Source of the DNA: a virus
Virus record (IMG/VR): IMGVR_UViG_3300031994_000480
Span: 1-25,751 of that record
Length of the DNA: 25,751 nt
Reading direction: 5' to 3' (one strand)
Shown: in pieces, positions 18,501 through 25,751 of the stretch
Layout: every line of letters begins with the position of its first letter
Numbering within the stretch: position 1 is the first letter of the stretch
Program-made: the position numbers and the translations under genes
Notes under the pieces: generated by a model
What the model was told of the DNA's origin: nothing
Database searches by the model: none
Seen by the model: only the letters and a program-made list of their open reading frames with translations

Positions 18501-21423
18501 CGCCTTTATAATAATTTACATAGAATGAGCCAATTTGCTGAACTGGGTCTGTAATAGGATAACTATCATCATCACGGATATTAAAACTATTTTGACCGGT
18601 AGCATCTTCAAAGAAAGACTGACTTACTTTATCATACAAGCAATTACTAGGAGCAACTTGCGAACCGATTTTATCATAATACTGAACCGGGATAAGGTCT
18701 CTTACCACTTCTCCATCATATTCAATAATACAATTATAAATCTCAATTCCTGCTAAACCGCCAGTATAAACGCCAGCATTATTATTCGCAAATAAATAAA
18801 GTGGGAATGGCATCCGTGCGTGGTCTGTTGCTACTCTATTAGAGTAGTTGAAAACAGCAACAGAATAACCGTCCGCACTAGGATTACTATAAATACCAGA
18901 ATTAGGACCCCATCCAATCGCATTACTTTCTGTTAATACAAGAGGAGCACTATGCTGACCCGCCCTAGCCTCATAAGTATTTACGCCACTTAAATTAGTG
19001 CCATACATTGTTTGGTTGTTAAATCTCATAAAGTATTCACCAAAAGAAGAAGAACTACCAAACAAATAAGCATAACCGGCATTTACTTGGCTCATTGGTG
19101 TATATTCATCAACTAATCCGCACTTTATCTTAACAGTTAATTTACTCATATCTTCACAAGTAAAGCCTGTGTTAATATAAGCGTGCGGGAAATGCCAATT
19201 TGGATGCTGTCCTTCATATCCGCCTAAATCATTATGCTGTAAGAATAACACTCTGTGAGGATATTCAATATCACCTGGTTCATCAGGCTCACTTACAGTA
19301 TCATAAACAACATCAATACTAGTAAGTTCGCGTAATGCGGTGAAATTAACTGGACCGCGATACTGGACGATACCGTCTGCCGCGAATACATTCTTATACT
19401 GATTAATTTTTAGTCCTAAATCAATAAGAGTAGTGTCCGCGGAAAAATCAATAACACGATAATTAATAGTATCACTGCCAACCCAGTTTCTAACATCGAC
19501 ATCATCTGTATAATAATTTATAACAGTGTAATAAGTAGAAGCATAATATAATACGCTATAACTGGTTGCCAAAGTTTCAAAAGTAATTACCTGGCTATCA
19601 CTTACTCCATCCAAAATACCAGTTTCATAGTATTCTGGCTTATGTGCGTTTAGGTCAATGATATCTTTAAGCCGTGCTCCGCCAATCAATTCATTCTCGC
19701 TAACAGTAATAATCGCTGTGCTAATAGTTGAAAAAGCACTTGCTAACTGTTGCTTATAACGAATAATAATATCTTTCGTGCGAGTAGTCTAGATTTCAGT
19801 ATAAATAATATAAATAGGCTGTGCGTAAGTTAAAGCATCTAATGATACTTCGCCTTTATAACTCGCCTCTGGGTCAAATTGATATCCAGTAGGTTTATGT
19901 CCTGTAATATCAACAATATCTCCTAACAAAGGCTGATTATAGAACTGCGTGATATTTATATTAATAGTTTCTTCGGTGTATAAATTACTGTCATCTTTCT
20001 TATAGCGAACAGTAAGAGGATATTCAATAGGCACATAATAAACCTATAAAGCACCCGCTTCAATTACACTATCAAAAGTATGATATAAACCAGCATTATA
20101 CAAAACACCGTTTTGATAATTACCAGTAAGATATTTATCAAGGTCTATCCCGATATTTTCTAAACTGAAATCTTCTTCATAACTTGAATTATATTTCAAA
20201 AGGATAGGAGATGTAGCAAGACGATACCAATTAGGATAAGTGCCCGCATAGTATTCTATATACACTACATATTCTATTCTACGATAATCAATGTAATAAG
20301 ATGTTTCAAGTTCATCGTAATTAACGAAGTCAGTGCGGTTATGACTATCTATGTAGCCAGGGTGATAATACTCTGGGGTTGGACGCCAAGCGTCAAAATT
20401 AAAAATGTCTTCAAATGTTGTTCCTTCAACGATACGAGTTTCAGGGACAGATACCAAAACACTTTCAATAATGTCATATTCTCCATTATCGTTTTCATTA
20501 CGATAAGTTAAAGTGATATTTTTAATTCGGTCATCATCGATATGAGTATATTGGACGAAAATAGGACTTGCCGCAAGCAAGTTTTCAACAATCAAACCTT
20601 GATTATATAAAATCTTCGCACTATATCCTTCTGGACGATAATTATTTACTTTAATTAATTCACCAACAGAACGCATCGCTTGGATTTGCGGATAAGTGAA
20701 AGGAATAGTTTCTTGAAGGCTCTGTTGATAGCCACTGCCACTATCAATAATATAACGAACTTCAACGCTATACTGAATGGGCTCATAATTAATGATAAGA
20801 ACGCCAAGAGACTGTAAGTTATCATAGGTTAATTCCATCAAGCCTAAATTAGAAGCAACACCAGATTTATAATGTTCGTCCTTAAACTTATCAACATCAA
20901 TACCAATAGATGATAAAGTTGGAGTTTCTTGCTCGCTAAATGAAACAGAACGGATAAGAACTGTATCCTGTCCTACGAAAATGTTGCCGTTTTGATAATA
21001 TACTACATTTAAGCGGAAAGTGCTAGTCGCACCAATATCAGTTGTATATACTTCTCTATCTAATGAACGAGCATATCCGCTAGCCAAATCATATGTAATT
21101 AAAAAATTGCCATTCTTTAAGCGAGAAGGCTTATTAGTCCCATTAAATACAACATCAAATTGAAAATCTAAATCATCAAATTTAATAGTTGCTTTCTTTA
21201 ACATTTGGGTTAATTGGCTCATTTTTAGGAATGCCTCTTGTTCGTCTGGTTCGAGAACCAAAAATGTCAAAGTCATTTTCTTAAAAGTGTCCTATGAACG
21301 AACATAATATGGCTCTAAACTTCCATCCGCCCATTCATTAACCGCTTTCACTGTATTGGAGGTAAGTATTCTGTCATATAACTTTATATTTAATGAAGTT
21401 ATATCAATTCCATTAATAAGCAT
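12586..21423 (-). CDS. Giant tail protein (2,945 aa): Dit N-terminal domain, ~10 beta-rich ~80-aa repeats, three lectin-like modules and SH3b-like segments
   Basis: ATG at 21421-21423 follows GGAGG. Ten ORF-track pieces plus the gaps between them (all checked codon by codon) share one frame. Thirteen in-frame TAGs start at 21292, 20044, 19789, 18478, 17734, 17668, 17269, 16783, 16435, 16012, 15718, 14155 and 13465. No TAA or TGA occurs until TAA 12586-12588. Confidence 0.8.
17734..21050 (-). repeat. Protein-level array of ~75-85-aa repeats (..V.YY.DD....(K/R)PEGY..), MucBP-like by pattern
   Basis: Recurring strings RYYTDDVDILN, NYYTDDVDVRN, VRYYKDTND, NYRPEGYSA, NKYKPEGYE, GHKPTGYQ, AHKPEYYE, WRPTPEYY and FKPEKYY. 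The copies are too divergent to be DNA repeats. Confidence 0.5.
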
Positions 21424-21435
21424 TTATTAACCTCC

Positions 21436-22002
21436 TTATCTATAATTAAATACCGCATATATGTCTTGTAAAGAGTTATAATGCTACATTACACCCTTAT
21501 AATATAATTTACTTTGCTTGTTTTCGATATCAAAAATCTATCTCTATAATTGAAGAGATTTTTCTAACGCTTCATATTCCTTGCGTCTGGCTTTTTCAAT
21601 AGCAGTCTATTTAGCGAGTATCCGCTCTCCTATTCTTTTGGTTTGCGGCTCTGCTTGTAAATAACGCAAATCTTGTTCTAACTTTTCAACTCGTTTGCGT
21701 GCCGCAGGCTCTACATTATTAATCTATTTTTTTAATGACTGTCTATATCTTCTGCTTTGAGAATTATAACTTTTTGCGTCTTTTAAGTTATCGCTAATAG
21801 ATTTACGCATATTGTTGCGTAAGTTCTTTAAATTTTCTGCGTCCTATTTTTTGAAACGCTCACGATAACCCCAATCTATTTCTTCATTCGCACCTTTATT
21901 TTCTCGATAGTATTTTTTTAAAAAACTATTATCTTTTTTATCTTGCCATTGAGATGTTATAATGCTAAATCTTCTTTCTACGGCGTCAAGAATATCACTC
22001 AT
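21436..22002 (-). CDS. Basic coiled-coil protein (188 aa) in the tape-measure position
   Basis: The ATG overlaps the chaperone stop (ATGAGTGA). Seven in-frame TAGs start at 21844, 21724, 21607, 21544, 21538 and 21484 region (six listed here plus hand translation total of seven). TAA stop at 21436-21438, followed by GGAGG and the Dit start. Confidence 0.5.
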
Positions 22003-22495
22003 TTAACAGCACCTCACATACTGACTAACGCTCTACCATATTTCCAACAGCGAACTCATCAGGTTCTGTTAAAGATATTGGAGAAGTATTGTCCTATAAA
22101 CTCTCTAATACTGCTATTTTTATTATATTTGCTAATGTCTCTTGGCGTTTTTGATACCCTTTATATGCTAATTCTATTTCACCAGGAGACATCTATAAAG
22201 CAATGTTAGGGTCTATACCAATCTCACCAACGGCTTGACTATATAGACCCTGAAAATCAATAGAGAAAAAGGAGACCTATTCAACTAATGAAGGAATGAA
22301 ACGCTTAAACAGTCCTTTTGAGTATAACTCTTTCGCCGCGGTAGGACTTAAATGATTTTCATCAAAAGTAATCAAACCTGCGGCGAAAAAATCACTCTCA
22401 TCATACTATGATAAAGACTGTAAATATATTATCCCACGCAGTCCAATTTTGAACCAGTAATCTTTACCGTCAATAGTAATCAATTGTTTATTCAT
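21995..22495 (-). CDS. Tail assembly chaperone (positional call, 166 aa)
   Basis: The ATG overlaps the major tail gene stop (ATGAATAA). Five in-frame TAGs start at 22406, 22277, 22193, 22094 and 22025. TGA stop at 21995-21997. Confidence 0.5.
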
Positions 22496-22886
22496 TAATA
22501 ACACTCAATTCTCCATTACCTAATAACTTTGCTTTGTATTTATAGGTATCATTATATGCCGCGACCAAAGGGAACTCTGTAAATAATGCTTGTCCCTTAT
22601 ATTTTTTGTTATCTAATTCTACTTCTACTGCGACATCTTGATTATTCCTAAACGCTTGCTATAAAGTATTATATGCCGCACTATCTTTTACATATAATCC
22701 ATCGCAACTAATAGACCAAGATTTTACGCCGCCCAAATACTCTTTCCAAACCGCATCTATTTTGTTCGTGATATCAATAGATGCTGCTGACTGTATCAAG
22801 GTTGCGTTAAGTTGTCCCGCCAGTTTCTCTCCCGCAATAATTATAGATACTTTTATACCCTTTTGGGTGTTATTCACCATCTTCAT
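22488..22886 (-). CDS. Major tail protein (TP901-1 / phi13-type)
   Basis: GEKLAGQLNATL..SAASIDITNK...WKEYLGGVKSWSISCDGLY pattern. ATG at 22884-22886 follows GGGGGA. One in-frame TAG at 22659-22661. TAA stop. Confidence 0.7.
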
Positions 22887-23271
22887 CGGCAAGTCCCCCT
22901 GTTATGATAAAAGTAAAGTTAGCAACACCGTGTTTGCGGAGAGGTCCTGTCTCATTATCGTCAAGAATTTGAAGCCTATTAAGATAACAATAAGTGATAT
23001 TATTATTTTCAATAAACTGTGGCAAAGATTTAATAATCTCATCGACGATTTCAATAATTTCTTGCTCGCCACTATATCTAGTAAAGATATCAAGAGTGTA
23101 AGTAATGTTTGACATTACCAAATCCCTTGCGTGCCGTGCGGTCAAATTATGAAGACGCAACTTCAAAAAAGGAAAATCATTTTCATCGTGATAAGCACCA
23201 GTATCATATACAGTTTTACCTGTTATCTCTTGTATATGAGAACGAAAGGCTTCTTTAATATCTTTCAACAT
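22870..23271 (-). CDS. Tail completion / terminator protein (DUF3168-like)
   Basis: VYDTGAYHDENDFPFLKL pattern and position directly upstream of the major tail gene. No TAG. Confidence 0.5.
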   Translation of the reverse strand: MLKDIKEAFRSHIQEITGKTVYDTGAYHDENDFPFLKLRLHNLTARHARDLVMSNITYTLDIFTRYSGEQEIIEIVDEIIKSLPQFIENNNITYCYLNRLQILDDNETGPLRKHGVANFTFIITGGLADEDGE

Positions 23272-23272
23272 T

Positions 23273-23455
23273 TTATTTTACCTCATCTACAAGTTTATAA
23301 TTTTTCAAATCATCTTGCGAACTAATAGAAATATATTTCGCATATAGATGTTCTTCTATTTCAGTAATAGTGCCATCTGGTTCTTTAATTTTTGTAATAG
23401 GCGGATTAGCCCAATCATAAACCTTGCCTTTGGGAGCAGTGTATAAAGTATTCAT
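23273..23455 (-). CDS. Small hypothetical protein (60 aa), paralog of 24223..24423
   Basis: RBS AAGGAGG. Shares KV(Y/F)DW....EEHLYAK..(F/S)IS..D...NY..(I/V)DE with the other copy. No TAG. Confidence 0.6.
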   Translation of the reverse strand: MNTLYTAPKGKVYDWANPPITKIKEPDGTITEIEEHLYAKYISISSQDDLKNYKLVDEVK

Positions 23456-23467
23456 TTAATAGCCTCC

Positions 23468-24217
23468 TTAAATAATTTCTAAATCATATGATGCTACAAA
23501 AGAGATAAGTTCATCATCTAATAGTTCAAGTTCGCCTTCGCCCCAACTATCATAATCGCCAGAAAAAATCTCTTCAAAAATAGAAAAAATGGCTTCAATT
23601 AATGCTATGACAACCGCACAAATTAAATCGGCTATTAAACTTGACTATTCGGTTTGTTCGATATGATGATTTCTATTTTCTTCAACTTCATCTATTCTCT
23701 CTAAAATCTCATTTCTTTCAGCCTCTAACTATTCCATCTCATCTTCGTCTTCACAATCCGCAGCCTACGCTTCAACATCAGCCAACTATTCATATAAGTC
23801 TTGTAGTTCCTAATCGGCTTCTTCTGCCATCCCATCATTTTCTTCAAAGTCTGCTACTGGTTCGATTAATTCTGCTTCTGCTTCTTCTTCTTGGCTTTCA
23901 GCAACAATATCGCAACAAGCATTTGCTAAATCGTCTAAATACATTTCAATAGCAGGTTCAAAATAAGGTTGTGCTTCCATCTTATATGTCCCGTATTCCA
24001 CATACTAGGCATACTCACAACTAACTGGGATGGAGCAATAGGTCTATGACACTATCGCTCCATCACCTATTGTGCTTCGTAGATAACCAGTGCGGACAGG
24101 ACAGTTTGCTTGTGCGTCGTTAATTACCGCATCAACAAAATCTTGGAGAGGCTTACTATAATCAAGGTCATCAGGCAAGCCCCAATCGGCGACATCTACT
24201 TCACACAAAAGACCCAT
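23468..24217 (-). CDS. HK97 gp10-like neck protein with a long acidic C-terminal extension and one hydrophobic helix
   Basis: ANCPVRTGYLRSTI ... CEYA[TAG]YVEYGTYKMEAQPYFEPAI. Seven in-frame TAGs start at 24044, 24005, 23810, 23786, 23765, 23729 and 23645. TAA stop at 23468-23470. Confidence 0.7.
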
Positions 24218-24222
24218 AATAA

Positions 24223-24423
24223 TTACTCCTTTACGGGTTCATCTATTTCAACATAATTTTCGATATTATCAGTGATACTTATAAAAAGTGTTTTAGCATA
24301 AAGATGGTCTTGTATAACATTACCTTCTTCGTCTTCGTGTGTGTGTTCGGCAAGTTCTTTCCAATCAAACACTTTTCCTTCATCTGCGTCATATCGAGTT
24401 AATGTATATTTATTACTAACCAT
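24223..24423 (-). CDS. Small hypothetical protein (66 aa), paralog of 23273..23455
   Basis: ATG at 24421-24423 follows AAGGAGAA. No TAG. TAA stop. Confidence 0.6.
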   Translation of the reverse strand: MVSNKYTLTRYDADEGKVFDWKELAEHTHEDEEGNVIQDHLYAKTLFISITDNIENYVEIDEPVKE

Positions 24424-24436
24424 TTTTGTTCTCCTT

Positions 24437-25738
24437 TTAAGCAATACTTACAGTCCAACCTTTTGCTGTTGCGACTGCTATTTCGGCAGCGGTAAGGTCA
24501 TCAATTCCGCCTTCATCAGTGGAATTACCTGACCCGGCTTTAAACGCAATAGTATTACCATTATTCTCAACAGCAGAAGTATCAGGTAATGTATTAATAG
24601 TTTCAACCGCACTTGTATGATTATATCTACTATATGCTAATGATTTGCTCCACCAATTAGGATTATTTTTCATTTGATTATAAGTAGTAGCATCTACCAC
24701 AGGCTCATTTTCACCAGTTCCTTCTTTAAGTGCGGCTAATTCATAACCTGTATTACCACTATAATAACCTACTCCATTACTACGCAAATCTAAATACTAT
24801 TTTTTCCAATAGGCAGTATAAGGTTGATTATTTGTGTCTAACTAAAAAGTAAAACGCGATAATCTATGTGCGGCATTTACACAATTACTAAACTAATCAC
24901 TAGTAAAAATAGTAGTAGCATTAGTAGAATGATGAGAAATAGGCACATTTAAAATCGCAGGAACGCAAAATGCCTAATATGCTAATGACGAATATGGATA
25001 CTGATATATGCTTGATGTTCCTGCGTCTTCATAAGACAAAAAACTAAAATCTATCGATTTATTTAAGCGAATACAATTACTATATATTGATGTTAAAGAA
25101 AATGTCCCTGAACTATTAATAATAGATGTATTAGAAAAATCAAATAGTTCTTGTAAATAATAACACTCATTAGCCAAGCCATTAAAATCAGTATTAATTG
25201 TGCCTGTTATATGAGGTGGTTTTATACAATTTTCGCAACCTTTTATTAACGATGCTACTGAACTACCCCTTGTAGAAGAGCAATTAATAGTTATATTAGA
25301 CAAATCTGTTATTTGAGTTGAATTCACAAACATATAACTTGCCAAAGTAATACTATTAAACTACATTTTATCGCCATACTGATTTAATACCCAAGACCAC
25401 TTATTTGAACTAAATAAGTTCTACACATTTCCGGTGAAAGTCAAATCTGCTGTTGTAGGAGTATAGCCTCCTCCTACTTCTAAATTACCAATTTCAGTAG
25501 CGAAATACTCTGGACTAATACCAGGACTACCAACAGTAGAACTAATAAAAGTATCTCCAAACACATCTACATCGCTTTTGACTGTTGCTGTTCCATACTT
25601 TTTAATTCTTATGGCATCCGCGGTATCTACTAAAATACTTCTTGGCACAATTACATTATCATTATAATCGCCTTTATCTTGATGATATTCCGCACTTGAA
25701 GCCCAAGTTGTTAATTCATTTCCACTGCTACCAGCCAT
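24437..25738 (-). CDS. BspA-type leucine-rich-repeat protein (433 aa), probable adhesin / receptor-binding protein
   Basis: Repeated F.N/GC..L..I.F patterns (LIKGCENCIKP, FNGLANECYYLQEL, IYSNCIRLNKSIDF, FSNCVNAAHRL). Six in-frame TAGs start at 25421, 25361, 24974, 24893, 24842 and 24797. Three ORF-track pieces share one frame. TAA stop. Confidence 0.6.
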
Positions 25739-25751
25739 TACATTACCTCCT
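25625..25751. repeat. Terminal direct repeat, copy B (identical to 1..127)
   Basis: Same 127-nt string as the window start. Confidence 0.95.

Noticed and set aside
21995-22010. Programmed -1 frameshift joining the chaperone to the next ORF (gpG/gpGT style)
   Set aside because: The downstream frame is closed by a TAA (22003-22005) immediately upstream of its ATG. I saw no slippery heptamer. The two genes are coupled by an ATGAGTGA overlap instead.
1-25751. Fragmented conserved genes as evidence of a decayed, pseudogenised prophage
   Set aside because: Decay would produce frameshifts and a mix of TAA, TGA and TAG. Here every interruption is TAG, the frame is always preserved, motifs continue across the breaks, and RBS-spaced starts and TAA/TGA stops are intact.

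Overview
The window is one complete, AT-rich tailed-phage genome. The first and last 127 bp are identical, so it closes into a circle with a 25,624 bp unit. Nearly all genes lie on the minus strand. The standard-code ORF track is misleading because this genome reads TAG as a sense codon, most likely Gln (code-15-like). All large conserved genes (terminase, portal, head morphogenesis, tail genes, an HNH endonuclease, an HTH regulator) are cut only by in-frame TAG. The pieces stay in the same frame, conserved motifs run across the TAGs, and every rebuilt gene ends at TAA or TGA. I counted about 73 in-frame TAGs by hand. Reading through TAG gives a siphovirus-like layout: terS, terL, portal, gp7-like head morphogenesis protein, scaffold, major capsid, adaptor and stopper. 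A roughly 4.3 kb fibre cassette follows (Ig-like, collagen-like, repeat fibre, fibre, LRR protein). After it come an HK97 gp10-like neck protein, tail completion protein, major tail protein, chaperone, a very short tape-measure candidate, and a single 2,945-aa ORF. That ORF starts with a Dit N-domain and carries many repeated binding modules. Next are a separate Dit C-domain gene and Tal, and then a small regulatory/replication region with an HTH gene, an HNH gene, a candidate ncRNA, a winged-helix Rep-like gene and a hairpin-iteron array. The only plus-strand genes are two tandem paralogous small Cys-containing proteins with their own consensus promoter and terminator. I could not find a suppressor tRNA, release factor, lysin/holin or integrase by eye. 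How a genome this small gets TAG decoded is the main open question. Product calls rest on motif recognition by eye, not on searches.
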